Source: Methanomassiliicoccaceae archaeon UBA328 (lineage in GTDB: Archaea; Thermoplasmatota; Thermoplasmata; Methanomassiliicoccales; Methanomethylophilaceae). Taken from it: a DNA stretch of 64,000 nt. This document shows positions 21,101-31,777 of the stretch, in pieces. The stretch covers positions 16,147-80,146 of the forward strand of contig DAYM01000004.1 in assembly GCA_002506905.1 (NCBI GenBank), given 5' to 3'. Under the pieces are notes generated by a model that ran no database searches, was not told the DNA's origin, and saw nothing but the letters and a program-made list of their open reading frames with translations. How positions within the stretch are numbered: position 1 is the first letter of the stretch; the number at the start of each line of letters is the position of its first letter. The position numbers were made by a program, and so were the translations under genes.

Positions 21101-21188
21101 ACACAGGTCACACATCCCATCAACATTGTCCGAGGAAAGGACCGAGCCGTTCCCCTGAGTCGGAGGTCCGCCGCTTTTGCGGATGTGT

Positions 21189-21758
21189 TCAGAAGATCCT
21201 GTAATACAATCTCCCGTAGCATTTGCATGGGGCTCCGCACATGGGGCAGTCGTGTCCCTTGGGGGATGTGACGAATTGGTTCCAATAACCTATGAGAGCG
21301 AAGGAACGGGTTATTCCGAGTGTGTTCCTCAGGATATGGTCGATGTTCGCGTGGCCGTGGACGTCTTCCCAGGCCATTGCGGTCATGATCTCAGCTCCAT
21401 CTCTTTCAAACTGTGCCAGACACGCTTCCGACATGATCCTTCCTACCCCGAGCCCTCTTGCGTTCTCGGATACGGATACCGAATCCAGAAGCCCTATCTT
21501 CTTTTTCGAAAGGAGCATCTCGCGCTCGGGGGAATGCGGGAGTCTAAGTCTGTCGTCGACCTCTTCCGGACCGAATTCCTTGCAGATGGAGAATCCCAGA
21601 ACATGGCCGTTCTCACGTGCCACCATGCAGAATCCGTCCTTCGGTTCTATCATTTCCTCGAAGTCCTCTGCGGACAGATAATCGGAGCCCAGTTCCCTGA
21701 GGGAGATCTTCAGGGCTTCCGGGATATCTTCGGATGTGATGAGACCGACCGTTATCAT
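21189..21758 (-). CDS. GNAT family N-acetyltransferase with Cys-rich C-terminal tail
   Basis: ARGLGVGRIM acetyl-CoA motif and a C-terminal HDCPMCGAPCKC. I chose the start at MITVGL; the ORF is open to 21821. Confidence 0.7.
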   Translation of the reverse strand: MITVGLITSEDIPEALKISLRELGSDYLSAEDFEEMIEPKDGFCMVARENGHVLGFSICKEFGPEEVDDRLRLPHSPEREMLLSKKKIGLLDSVSVSENARGLGVGRIMSEACLAQFERDGAEIMTAMAWEDVHGHANIDHILRNTLGITRSFALIGYWNQFVTSPKGHDCPMCGAPCKCYGRLYYRIF

Positions 21759-22007
21759 GCGGGATGGGAGGCACGGGCATAATATGATGGTTTCGGCCGA
21801 CTGCAGAAAAGGTCGTATCAATTGATATGAAATCTGTGTGACTTCGGTTGGGCTGTAGGTTTATCGGAAAGTCTGTCGAGAGGTTTCCGGAGGTGTTGAT
21901 CGGCGTGGCGGATATTTTTGAGGGATCTGCGAAGGAAAAGAATTGGGTCGTTTTTATAAAGGAATAAAAGGTGAACGGAAGGTCCGAAGACCCTCCGTTC
22001 GTTTCGA

Positions 22008-23753
22008 TCATGCCTTCTTGGCACCCTTCCTGACAACGAAGAAGTACGCCAGAACTCCGATGAGTGCCACGGCGATCACCGCAACGACGATGATGACTGT
22101 CGTGTTTCCGCCGTCGGAAGGCGTCGGTGTCGGCGTGGGTGTCGAGGTGATCACGTATCCGGAGATGCCTTCCTCGACCTCCTTCAGGGTGTAGCCGTGT
22201 CCGGCGATGTCCGATGCGGATGTGAGAAGGACGCCGTCCGTGTCATAGAACGGATACTCGAAAGCATCCGTTCCGATGGACGTTACCGTGGCCGGAATGA
22301 TGACATTCTCGAGCTTGGAACAATCGACGAACATGTTGTCTCCGATCCTGGTCAGGCTGCTGCCGAGATTTGCGGTCTCGAGGGAGTAGCAGCGTTCGAA
22401 GACGCCCGCTCCCGCAGTGTTCAGGCTGTCGGGGAAATTGACGCTCTCCAGACGGTAACAGTTGGAGAAGGCCTGTTCTCCCAGGTTGTTCATTCCTTCC
22501 GAAAGGCTCAGATCGGCAAGGGTGAAGCAGTTGACGAATGCGGCAACGCCGACGGTACTGACATTCTTGGGTATGTCCACGGAAGTGAGCGATACGCACC
22601 CGGAGAAAGCTGCCTGTCCGATCGATGTGACGCTTTCGGGTATCGTAATGCTCTTGAGCAGAACGCAGTCGACGAAGGCTCCGTCGCCGATCGATGTAAT
22701 GGTATCCGGCAGGGTGACCGACTGCACTCTGGTGTTCTGGAATGCACCCATGCTGATGCCGGTGACACCCTTTCCGACCGAAACGGATGTTATGGAGTAT
22801 CCGTAATTATACTTCTCGGATATCCACTTGGCATCGCCCATATCGCCGTTCCCGGTGATGGTGAGTATGTTGTTCTCAAGGGTCCAGGTGGCTTCTCCCG
22901 TTGTGCCGCTGCCGTTGTAGTAGTCTATTCCGCTTGTGTTGTACTCGTCTTCCGAAAGGCCGAAACCGTCTGATCCCAGAAGTGTCGCCTCTTTCGTGAC
23001 GGCGTCGGCGAATTCGAAATAGATGCTGTTCCCGTATTCGGTGTAACCGTTGGCGAAGCAGCCGATATCGGATCCGATGTTGCTGCCGTTCGCAATTGCG
23101 GTTATCCAGGCATCGTTGCCCGTGACCGTTATCTTCGCAAGGCTTACGCAGTGTCCGAAAGCGGTATCGCCTATGGCGGTGACCGTATCGGGGATGGTGA
23201 AGGATGTCAGAGAGCGGCACCCGTCGAATGTGCTGATCCCGATGGATGTGATATTTCCTTCGAACGTTACGCCGATGAGTGAAAGGCAATTTTTGAACAG
23301 GGAGTCCGGGAGTTCGGTCACTTCTTTTCCGAGTGTCATCGTCTGAAGGGATCCGCAGTCCTGGAAGGCGCCGGACCCGAGTTCTGTCACGGACTCGGAG
23401 ACGATCACGGAAGTAAGTGCCAATCATCCTCTGAACGCCTGGCTGCCGATGGAGGTGACATTGTTCCCGATGATCACGGATGTGAGCGTCAGGCAGTCTG
23501 CGAAGGCCGCGTTCCTGACGGCGGTGACGTTGTACAATGTGCCGTCGATGGTGACGTTATCTTTCACGGCAGCGCCCCCATCGGAATCGAGCTCGTCCAT
23601 GTCGTATCCTACGGCAGTTACGCTGCTTCCGTCGATCGCGTACAATACGCCGTCCTCTTCGAGATCGTATTTCACCATTGCATCGGACCCGTCGACGGCG
23701 AAGACGGCGGCGGCAATGGTCCCTGTGGCTTCGGTCGCATTGGGACAGAAAGA
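22008..23753 (-). pseudogene. BspA-like leucine-rich-repeat surface protein, 5'-truncated, with an in-frame TGA
   Basis: At least 12 repeats of the type AF..C..L..v.ip.sVt.IG, then a TPTPTPTPS linker and a C-terminal TM anchor. The TGA at 23424..23426 lies in frame between AFRG and LALTSVIV. No signal peptide or start codon at the 5' end. Confidence 0.8.
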
Positions 23754-24201
23754 TTACGGAAAAGCTCTCGTCGGGTTTTCGTATACCGTCCGTATATGCG
23801 TAATCATTTCCGTTGTGCTATCCATCCTGGTGATACTGTTTGCCGATCCCCTGTCATATGTGTTCACATATTCTGAGGGAATGGAGTATCTTCAGTCGGA
23901 ATTTGTCAAGGTCATTCGCATCTACGGATTCGTGATCCTGTTTCTGGTAGTGATCGATGTATGCTCCAGTATTCTACAGACCCTTCAATTCTCACAATTG
24001 GCTGTTGTTACGATGTTCTTCAGAGAGAGTCTTTTCATCCTGTTCTATTGGATCTCCACATTTTTCTCCATGGACGCTGTATATTGGTCATTGCTGATCG
24101 CTGAAGGAATAGGTGCGGTGATCATGGCGGTGTTCGCAATATATGCGGTAAGAAAGAGATCGTACGATTACCCGAGAACTCCCAAGCCTATTGCGACCTG
24201 A
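23707..24201 (+). pseudogene. C-terminal fragment (about 160 aa) of a MATE efflux transporter
   Basis: AAAMVPVASVALGQKDYGKAL... aligns with SQAMVPVCAASYGARRVDRI (about residue 300) of the intact MATE gene at 49674..51062. The first ~300 codons are missing. Confidence 0.7.
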
Positions 24202-24283
24202 TGTGGATGTCGGAGTCATCGGATGACATGATCGGCCTTTCGACGGGATTAGGTTTTTCTAATCTCTCTTCCTTTGTCTCAAT

Positions 24284-24898
24284 ATGGTCAACGGTCAATA
24301 CAGATGCCCTTCCGGCGACGAAGGGAAACAGGTCATATCCTCTATGAACGAACATCATGCTCCGCTCACGGATTGGGCCCTTTCCAATCTTCCCGATATC
24401 GATCCGAAATGGATATTGGATATCGGCTGCGGAGGCGGTATGCTCATCGGAAAGCTCGCCGAGAGGTATCCGGAGGCGTTGATCGACGGCGTCGACATCT
24501 CTGCGGAATCCGTGAAGGCCACCGCGGACAACAATCCCCGCATTGCGGCCGAAGGCAGGCTCCACGTGCTCAAAGCATCGGTGTCCGACCTTCCATACGA
24601 CAAAGGGACGTTCGACCTTGTGACGGCAGTAGAGACGTATTTCTTCTGGCCGAACCCCGAATTGGATATATTCTCTGCCGCGGAGAGACTGGTTCCCGGA
24701 GGCGTGATGATGATCGCTTCCGAAGCGTATCCCGACCCGGAATTCGACGAGGTCAATAATAGGCATTCCGAAGAGTATGGAATGAAACTGCTTCCGAACG
24801 AGAGGTTGCAGGATATAATGTCCGGAGCGGGACTGAGGACGGAGTTCTTCACCGTGAAGGAGAAGAATTGGGTCGTGTTCATCGGAAAGAAGGAGTGA
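24284..24898 (+). CDS. Class I SAM-dependent methyltransferase
   Basis: 204 aa. Motif I ILDIGCGGGML and post-I GVDIS. Confidence 0.8.
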   Translation: MVNGQYRCPSGDEGKQVISSMNEHHAPLTDWALSNLPDIDPKWILDIGCGGGMLIGKLAERYPEALIDGVDISAESVKATADNNPRIAAEGRLHVLKASVSDLPYDKGTFDLVTAVETYFFWPNPELDIFSAAERLVPGGVMMIASEAYPDPEFDEVNNRHSEEYGMKLLPNERLQDIMSGAGLRTEFFTVKEKNWVVFIGKKE

Positions 24899-24901
24899 TC
24901 C

Positions 24902-25435
24902 ATGGTTGCGGATCCGTCGTACGTGCCGAAGGACGGACGTTCTGTCATTTACTTTGCGGGAGGGTGCTTCTGGGGAGTGGAGAAGGCGTTCTCGGTCATG
25001 CGCGGTGTGACGGATACCGAATGCGGTTACGCGAACGGGTTTGACAGACTCATCCCGGATTACATGCTGGTTTGTTCCGGGAAGTACGGTTATTTGGAAG
25101 CCGTGAGGGTGGAGTACGATCCGAAGATCATCGGATCGGACCTTCTGCTGGCGGCGTTCTTCATGATCATCGATCCCACGGACCGGGACAGACAGGGGAA
25201 CGATATCGGGCACCAGTACAACACGGGGATCTACTGGACGGACGAGAGTACCGGCAGGTCCGTGAAAGCGTTCACGGAACAGGAGAGGAAGAAGTACAAG
25301 GTGTTCTACACCGAGATCGGTCCGCTGGAGAGGTTCACCGTCGCGGAACCGGAGCACCAGGATTATCTCGACAGGAATCCCGGAGGGTACTGTCATGTTC
25401 CGGAGAGGACGATCAGGGTGCTGAGGATGTTCTGA
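24902..25435 (+). CDS. msrA: Peptide methionine (S)-S-oxide reductase MsrA
   Basis: 177 aa. Contains YFAGGCFWGVEKAF and GHQY.TGIYW. Confidence 0.9.
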   Translation: MVADPSYVPKDGRSVIYFAGGCFWGVEKAFSVMRGVTDTECGYANGFDRLIPDYMLVCSGKYGYLEAVRVEYDPKIIGSDLLLAAFFMIIDPTDRDRQGNDIGHQYNTGIYWTDESTGRSVKAFTEQERKKYKVFYTEIGPLERFTVAEPEHQDYLDRNPGGYCHVPERTIRVLRMF

Positions 25436-25555
25436 GATCAGATCGTTTTATTCTTCTGCAAATTTGTCAACGGCCGGAGTTCCTGCGCTGTACTCCGATC
25501 ACCAAAAGATCGGTGATCTGCGGATTTTGATAATCTTTGAAACGATCGTAGTATC

Positions 25556-25792
25556 ATGGATTTGGAGTATAATCTGAAGAAATTGGATGACTGGTATGAG
25601 AATGTTCAGGATGATGTTTTCTCAATATCGATCGGACCTGGAAATCTGATGGAGATCATCTTGTATAATTCCCGTAATCTGAGAGTGCAGGATAAACTGG
25701 AATTGTTTGGTTCCCTGGATGATTTTCTGTGTTTGGTTGCAGAGTTTGCGGAGATAAGAATAGAGAAATTCTTCCGGGAAGAGGATCAGTGA
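25556..25792 (+). CDS. Hypothetical acidic protein
   Basis: 78-aa ORF at the left edge of the AT-rich island. No recognisable family. Confidence 0.3.
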   Translation: MDLEYNLKKLDDWYENVQDDVFSISIGPGNLMEIILYNSRNLRVQDKLELFGSLDDFLCLVAEFAEIRIEKFFREEDQ

Positions 25793-25820
25793 ATAATAGA
25801 TCCTGAGACGATCGGATCTC

Positions 25821-25976
25821 ATGGATCAGTATGTTCACGTAGAATGTCCAAAGTGCGGAGGGTATGTTCTTGCTGCAGATATGAAATATTGCGAGTCTTC
25901 GGAGGAGGAGAGATTCGAGTATTATGTTTGCGGGTGCGGGTGTAGGTTCGGAGTAAGATATTTTGTTGACGGGTGA
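25821..25976 (+). CDS. Small zinc-ribbon protein (51 aa; below the ORF-track size cutoff)
   Basis: MDQYVHVECPKCGGYVLAADMKYCESSEEERFEYYVCGCGCRFGVRYFVDG. CPKC plus CGCGC gives a four-Cys ribbon. Confidence 0.35.
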   Translation: MDQYVHVECPKCGGYVLAADMKYCESSEEERFEYYVCGCGCRFGVRYFVDG

Positions 25977-26190
25977 GGAATAATGCTCACTTGGTACGAA
26001 AAAACTTGCATAGTTTTATGATCTGATAGTGTGTATTTAGGTATGCCGTAAAACAGGTCGTGCGATCATCGTAGTTGATAGTTATTCCTGGACAGTTGAA
26101 GACAACAACAATGCAGTAAAGAGGACAGATCTGTCTGTTTTCAAAAATCACGGTACGGCCATTCCGGTAGATGTTAGGTTTTTCTTCGGA

Positions 26191-26874
26191 GTGGACGATT
26201 TCAAAAAGGGCCAACACAGATCAGTAGTTTTGGTTTTTGATGGAAATAGATATCAGGCTAAATTGGAAAAGACCAATTCAACCGCAAATCAGGCCAGATT
26301 GATGTGGAATTTGGACCTTTCTCGTGCATTCAATAACAAGTATCCGAATGTTCTGAAAACCGGGTTATATCCTGAATTAAAGATTATGAAGATCAACGAT
26401 TCGGAATATCATCTGGAGTTCAATAACAAACTTACGCTTCATGAAGTAATAGAACGTGATCTTCAGACGGAAGATAACAATACGGTGATTTCCGGAGGAG
26501 TGGAAGGGGAGAAAAAGCTCGTTATCGGAACCAGATATGAGCGTAACAGCAAAAACCGTGAGGATGCCATCGAGATTCATGGATTAAAGTGTGCCGTATG
26601 CGGTTTTGATTTCGGTGAAGCATATGGTGATGCAGGAAAGGATTACATCGAAGTTCACCATCTCGTTCCTCTTTCAGAAAAAGGAGCTCCTCAGAAGGTC
26701 AATCCGGAAACCGATCTGGTGTGTGTCTGTTCCAATTGTCATAGAATGATACACAGAAGGAAAGGCCAGGTTTATTCAGTCGAAGAGCTGAGAGAGAAGA
26801 TGATCGAGTGCGGCAGCATTCAGGAGATTGATGGTCAACTAATTTTATCGAGGAAGGCCGTCTTAAGAAAGTGA
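26191..26874 (+). CDS. HNH endonuclease with uncharacterised N-terminal domain (probable 5' frameshift)
   Basis: HNH core HGLKCAVCGF..IEVHHLVPLSEKG..VCSNCHRMIH. The frame is open for 50 more codons upstream (KTGRAIIVVDSYSWTVEDNNNAVKRTDLSVFKNHGTAIPVDVRFFFG) with no start codon. An ATG at 26043 is out of frame by one base. Confidence 0.75.
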   Translation: MDDFKKGQHRSVVLVFDGNRYQAKLEKTNSTANQARLMWNLDLSRAFNNKYPNVLKTGLYPELKIMKINDSEYHLEFNNKLTLHEVIERDLQTEDNNTVISGGVEGEKKLVIGTRYERNSKNREDAIEIHGLKCAVCGFDFGEAYGDAGKDYIEVHHLVPLSEKGAPQKVNPETDLVCVCSNCHRMIHRRKGQVYSVEELREKMIECGSIQEIDGQLILSRKAVLRK

Positions 26875-26920
26875 GCCAGTCGATAGTTAAAGCACACTGA
26901 GCACGACATCTGATACAGCA

Positions 26921-28568
26921 TCATATCTGCATAATTGGCCATTTTTCTTTTACACGATTCAACAATTCATCTTGACGATTTTCTATGTCTTTTATAGTCC
27001 ATTCATCTAGGTTCGCAAGAGCTTTTGTATCCGGGATATCTGATTTCAAATACTCTTTTTTCTTAACATTAAATGTTGAATTTTTAATGCGTTCGTTCAG
27101 GGTATGGTGGAGTAACGTCATATTCCCGATTCTGCGACAATATTCTTCGTGTTCGTCTTCTTCAATATTCCATTCACCTATTGATAAAGGCATGATGTGT
27201 TCTAGATGAACTGTTTGACCATTGGGAGATACAATGGTCTCCGAGTGTTCATGTTCATACAGGGATCTTAGAATGATTTTAGCTTCCTTATCTTTGGGAT
27301 CATATGTGGCGAATTTGCTTTCTATCTCTGGATCTTTCGCAGTGAGTTTTATTATCCGTTCAACTACTGATTTGGTGTTCAGTTCATCATTGGTGTCTCT
27401 AATGCAATCTTTGAGAATTCAGTTTCATTTTTATTTGCTACATAGCCCATAATTGCTTGATTTCTTACGATAAGACACTCAATCGCATTCAATATCTTGG
27501 ATATGTCCTCTTTTGATGCATTTTTTGCGCAGGCTGCCAATATTATGGGGTAAAAAGATGTGGCACCTAGGCCCCCTGTAGTTTTTAGGCATTCTACTGA
27601 TTTCTGATCAATGAAATCATTTGTTCTTGGATATACAAGGTATAGGTAATTTTGATATGAATTGAACATGTGCTTTAGAAACTCATCCGCGTCGTCACCT
27701 AATTCATAGGATATCGCTCTAAACAGTGTTTTGCTTCTGACGAATTCGTGGGATGCATTCCAATAGTACCTAAAAAACTTGGAAATATCGGCGCTCTTAA
27801 TCGAGGAAAATTCACTCGTCATTGTCATCCACTTTTCCTTTACAGAGTCAATATTGCGGGCATTTCTAAAAAAGTAATTTTTCAGCAGGTCCTTCACTTC
27901 TAATTCTTTGCCACGAGAATTGAGTGTTTCAAATAGTATGCAAGCTTGTCTGAAATTGTCTGTTTCCACGACTGAAACCTTGAATCTTTTTACAAACGCG
28001 CTCCTATATTTTCCAACAATTTGACTTTGTCATCAAAAGAAAGTCCTTCTAGCAATTCTGATATGTACTTGAATATGTAAGCATAGGCTGCTGCAATTCT
28101 TTTGTTGGATTTATTACTGGCTTTAATGCTGTGATCTCCATCAATTATGTAATCTTTGAAGAAGACTTTGTTGGATCCGCCCATTGTTAAATTGGCACGC
28201 AAATCGCCGTTTTCTTGTTTTTCACCAACACATTCACGAAGAGCGTACGTCATTTCCCAGAGGTTTTCTGCTTTGGAATTTTCTTCCTTTAGTTTTTCTG
28301 CGATATCCCATATTACTTTTAGATAAATCACTGAAGTGCACAACCTTTGTTGTCCATCTATTATGTAGCGCGTATTGTTTCCAAAGTGAGTTTTGATTTG
28401 TCCATACAGATATTCTTCATCATTGCTGTTGATAAAGGAGTGCAAATCGCTAAGAAAGTCAGCAACCTCTTCATTTGTCCATGAATAGTCTCTTTGATAA
28501 TCAGGGACAACAATTTTTTTCTCCAAAAGATCTTTCATTGGTTCTGTTGCCCATTTCATCTCGCTCAT
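26921..28568 (-). pseudogene. GmrSD-like DUF262/DUF1524 nuclease, split by two frameshifts
   Basis: N-terminal DUF262 (VPDYQRDYSW, IIDGQQRLCT) in 27990..28568; middle part (ILFETLNSRGKELEVKDLLKNYFF) in 27379..27969; C-terminal His-Me finger (VHLEHIMPLS..IGNMTLL..N..N) in a third frame down to 26921. Frame changes near 27975 and 27390. Confidence 0.8.
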
Positions 28569-28657
28569 GGTACCAAAGTGGCATGGTTCAAAAAGTAAAT
28601 AGATCTCTTGGAAAATAGTGTACACATTGTGCACTGTTCGGTAGTGTACCATTGCAG

Positions 28658-31627
28658 TTATTGAGCAATATACGTGAATAAGGAGTCATCAATTGTACAT
28701 CTAAGTTTCATTGGAATATTCACAACACTCTCTCCGCCGGTCTCCGATTCTTTCATCTTATCGACAATCGGATCAACCAATCCCATGTAGTAAAAGTCCG
28801 TTCCTTCTCCGTCTGCCTTCTTGACAAACAAAGGAATAACCATGCCGGTTTTCCTGTAATTTCTGATCGCTACAACTTCCGGGCTGTCCATCTTCACTCT
28901 CGAACGTGTGATCCAGCTGAAAGTGTTCCTGTCGATGAAACGGTCATCGTACTTCGTGGTCTCGCTGATATCTTCGTCTTTATTGTATGTAACGAAAATC
29001 GGACATGTGTTGTGCTTAATCCTGTAACCGTAGATCGTAGAATACTCGTTCTTATCCCAATTCAGGATTCTGCAGACGTCCGATCTGGAATATTTGGAAA
29101 ACAGAACAAATCCAGCTTCATCGCAATCGGAATATTCTTTCCTGTTGATCTCCAATCCGCATTTGATCACGTCTTCGAAATACGATTTGAACGGGAGATC
29201 CCGGAGGTACTCCGACAGAACCGGACTGAGCACAAGTTTGTTTTCTCTTTTTACAATCAGGTTTCTGTAAGGATATTTTTTCGCAGTCGCTTCCACAACG
29301 AATCCGCCGGTAAGAATGGAAACCGCAGACTCGATCGATTTCTTACTGTATCCTCTGGACAGCAGATCTTCGATTCTGATCTTCCCATTCCTGACCACCT
29401 CGTTCAGTATCACCAATTCTTCCGGTCTTTTTCCGTTCAGGAATTGTGTAGAGACAAATCTGAGAACTTTGATTTCGTCTTCGGACATCTTATCCGTTGC
29501 GATTTTCAGTTTGTTTCTGAAATCATACAGGCTTTCGGAGTAATCCACGACAACTCTGGGATCCAGCGATCCGTTCTCGTACAATTCGACCAAAGTCGGA
29601 TCCCTTCCCAATCTCACTTTCATGTTGCTGTACTCGTATTTCAGAGTAGCCAGCTTGGAAAGATTCGTTCTGTTGATGCAATCGTAGATCCTGTCTTTCG
29701 TGATCGTATCGAAGTTGACGCTGGAGCATCCGGGAACGATGCTGTTGCCGCTTATCAGATATCTGCGGGCGTTGTCTTTGTTGCAGGACCTGTCTCCGGA
29801 GAACGCAATTGGAATCAGGAAATTGTTGGTGTAATTTCCGATGAAGTCTATGATGACCACGTAGTCTTTGTTATTCGCCTTACGGAGGCCTCTTCCGAGC
29901 TGCTGAACGAACACGATGGCCGATTCCGTAGGTCTGAGCATGAGGATCTGATTGATGGCGGGAATGTCCACTCCTTCGTTGAAGATATTGACCGTTAGAA
30001 TATAGTCCAAACAATCGTCGCCGGTGTCCTTTTCAAGTCTTTCGACCGCAGCCTCTCTTTCGTCGGGAGTGTTGTTTGCGGAAAGTGCCAGAGTTCTCAA
30101 TCCTCTATCATTCATCTTATCGGAAAGAACTCTCGCTTCGTCTGTTCTGCTGCAGAAGATCAATCCCTTCACTCTGCCGCCGGTATGCGAGTAATAGTCG
30201 GCTTTGTCAAGGATGTGTTTGACACGTTCGTCGGATGTCAGCGTGTTGAATGATGTGTTGTCGTCCAGAGCCTTTCCGTTCACGGTGATATCGGAAATTC
30301 CGAAATAATGGAAGGGACAGAGCATATCCTGTTCCATAGCCTTCTGAAGTCTGATTTCGTATGCTATGGTGTGATCGAATAAAGCAAAAACATCTCCTCC
30401 GTCCATTCTCTCCGGAGTTGCGGTCATTCCGAGCATGAATTTCGGACGGAAATAGTCGATGATGCGTTTGTAGGAATCCGAGAATGCGTGATGGGCTTCA
30501 TCGCACACGATGTAATCGAAGTGATCTCTTTGGAAATGTTCCATCACTTCTTTTTTCGACATTGTCTGGATGGTTGAAAACAGCATATCCGCGTTGTAAT
30601 CCTTGCTGTTGCCGGACAGAATTCCGTATGTGAATTTTGACCCCAGGACTTTGCCGTAGCTGTTCTTTGCATCTTTCAGAATCTGTTCTCTGTGAACCAG
30701 AAACAGGACTTTTTTGGCACCGAATTCTCTGACGTCGAAAGCCGAAAGATAGGTTTTTCCCGTACCTGTAGCGGATATCAGAAGAGCTCTGTCTTTGCCG
30801 TCACGGTGTATTTTATCCAGATTGATCAGAGCCTCTTTCTGCATATCGTTGGGCTGGAGAAGATCGTATCCTTTTTCGGTGAAGATTTCCTTTGAACGTT
30901 CCATCCTGGCTCTTTTGTATCTCGGGATGTAATCATCGATCCATTCGTCGGTGAGAACGGTAGAATCCGACCACATTGTTTCGAATTCGGATATCGTATC
31001 TCTGAGGAGTTCTCCGTCGTCTAAAGAAGACAATTTCAGATTCCATTCTTTGTTGACTGCGAGAGCATCCGCGGTAAGATTGGAGCTTCCGATGATCATC
31101 GTGTCAACATCTTTTCCGTGGAAGATGTAGCCTTTTGTGTGGAAGCTGTCCTTCTCGTACATTCTGATTTCGAAATCGGTGTTTTTCAGCAGCCATTTCA
31201 GAGCGTTCGGATCGCTGAAATTCAGATAATCGGTTGTGATTATGCGTCCTTTGACCTGACGTTCTTTCAATTCTTCGAATTTCTGGAACAGTCCTGTGAT
31301 TCCGCCCATTGTTATGAATGCAACGGAGAAGTCGAAAGATTCGCATTTGTCCAGTTCGGAAACGATGGATGTGCTGACTTTGATCTTCTTTTCAAAATCG
31401 TTGTAGATCAGCTTTGGCCTGTATGATTCGTTTGATTCTTTGTCTTTATCGACTATTGCAGTAATGGCCGATTCAGACAGAATGTCCGCCAGAGAATCAT
31501 CAGGATTCATTGATTGGAAAGCTGCGGCATGGCTAATTAAGGTATCGGTGTTAGAACTAATTTGAATGATTATAGAGCCCATCTCGACTATTATGTTCAC
31601 TATTTGAATTTCTGAGTCTGTTTTCAA
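28658..31627 (-). CDS. SauUSI-like PLD nuclease / SF2 helicase / DUF3427 fusion (type IV restriction-like)
   Basis: PLD motif FHTKGYIFHGKDVDTMIIGSSNLT; helicase motifs SATGTGKTY, CDEAHH and QQLGRGLR; C-terminal DUF3427-like region (FSKYSRSDVCRILNWDKNEYSTIYGYRI). Start uncertain: ATG codons at 31582 and 31510 are more plausible than the TTG at 31627. Confidence 0.8.
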   Translation of the reverse strand: MKTDSEIQIVNIIVEMGSIIIQISSNTDTLISHAAAFQSMNPDDSLADILSESAITAIVDKDKESNESYRPKLIYNDFEKKIKVSTSIVSELDKCESFDFSVAFITMGGITGLFQKFEELKERQVKGRIITTDYLNFSDPNALKWLLKNTDFEIRMYEKDSFHTKGYIFHGKDVDTMIIGSSNLTADALAVNKEWNLKLSSLDDGELLRDTISEFETMWSDSTVLTDEWIDDYIPRYKRARMERSKEIFTEKGYDLLQPNDMQKEALINLDKIHRDGKDRALLISATGTGKTYLSAFDVREFGAKKVLFLVHREQILKDAKNSYGKVLGSKFTYGILSGNSKDYNADMLFSTIQTMSKKEVMEHFQRDHFDYIVCDEAHHAFSDSYKRIIDYFRPKFMLGMTATPERMDGGDVFALFDHTIAYEIRLQKAMEQDMLCPFHYFGISDITVNGKALDDNTSFNTLTSDERVKHILDKADYYSHTGGRVKGLIFCSRTDEARVLSDKMNDRGLRTLALSANNTPDEREAAVERLEKDTGDDCLDYILTVNIFNEGVDIPAINQILMLRPTESAIVFVQQLGRGLRKANNKDYVVIIDFIGNYTNNFLIPIAFSGDRSCNKDNARRYLISGNSIVPGCSSVNFDTITKDRIYDCINRTNLSKLATLKYEYSNMKVRLGRDPTLVELYENGSLDPRVVVDYSESLYDFRNKLKIATDKMSEDEIKVLRFVSTQFLNGKRPEELVILNEVVRNGKIRIEDLLSRGYSKKSIESAVSILTGGFVVEATAKKYPYRNLIVKRENKLVLSPVLSEYLRDLPFKSYFEDVIKCGLEINRKEYSDCDEAGFVLFSKYSRSDVCRILNWDKNEYSTIYGYRIKHNTCPIFVTYNKDEDISETTKYDDRFIDRNTFSWITRSRVKMDSPEVVAIRNYRKTGMVIPLFVKKADGEGTDFYYMGLVDPIVDKMKESETGGESVVNIPMKLRCTIDDSLFTYIAQ

Positions 31628-31689
31628 TTAGTTTATGTTTTTTAAGATAAATGCGCCCTAGTTATCATTAAATATACAGCTATTAATTA

Positions 31690-31714
31690 CATATTGGATG
31701 TTTAATCCAATATG
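31690..31714. promoter_or_regulatory. 10-5-10 perfect inverted repeat in the divergent intergenic region
   Basis: CATATTGGAT-gttta-ATCCAATATG, between the SauUSI-like gene and the ABC binding-protein gene. Confidence 0.3.
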
Positions 31715-31777
31715 CTTATTAACGAGTAGTCGAAACAAGAAAATTTTCGATGAAACTAATAAATACTGAGAGAAAAA

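Noticed and set aside
23424-23426. TGA at a conserved Cys position of the LRR protein as a possible selenocysteine codon
   Set aside because: The Cys is a structural repeat residue, not a redox site. The gene is also 5'-truncated. Nothing in the window suggests Sec machinery or a SECIS-like element. A TGY-to-TGA nonsense mutation is the simpler explanation.
24188-25396. 402-aa minus-strand ORF
   Set aside because: It is antisense to both the methyltransferase and msrA, which carry clear motifs on the plus strand. Its R/H/P-rich composition is typical of shadow frames.
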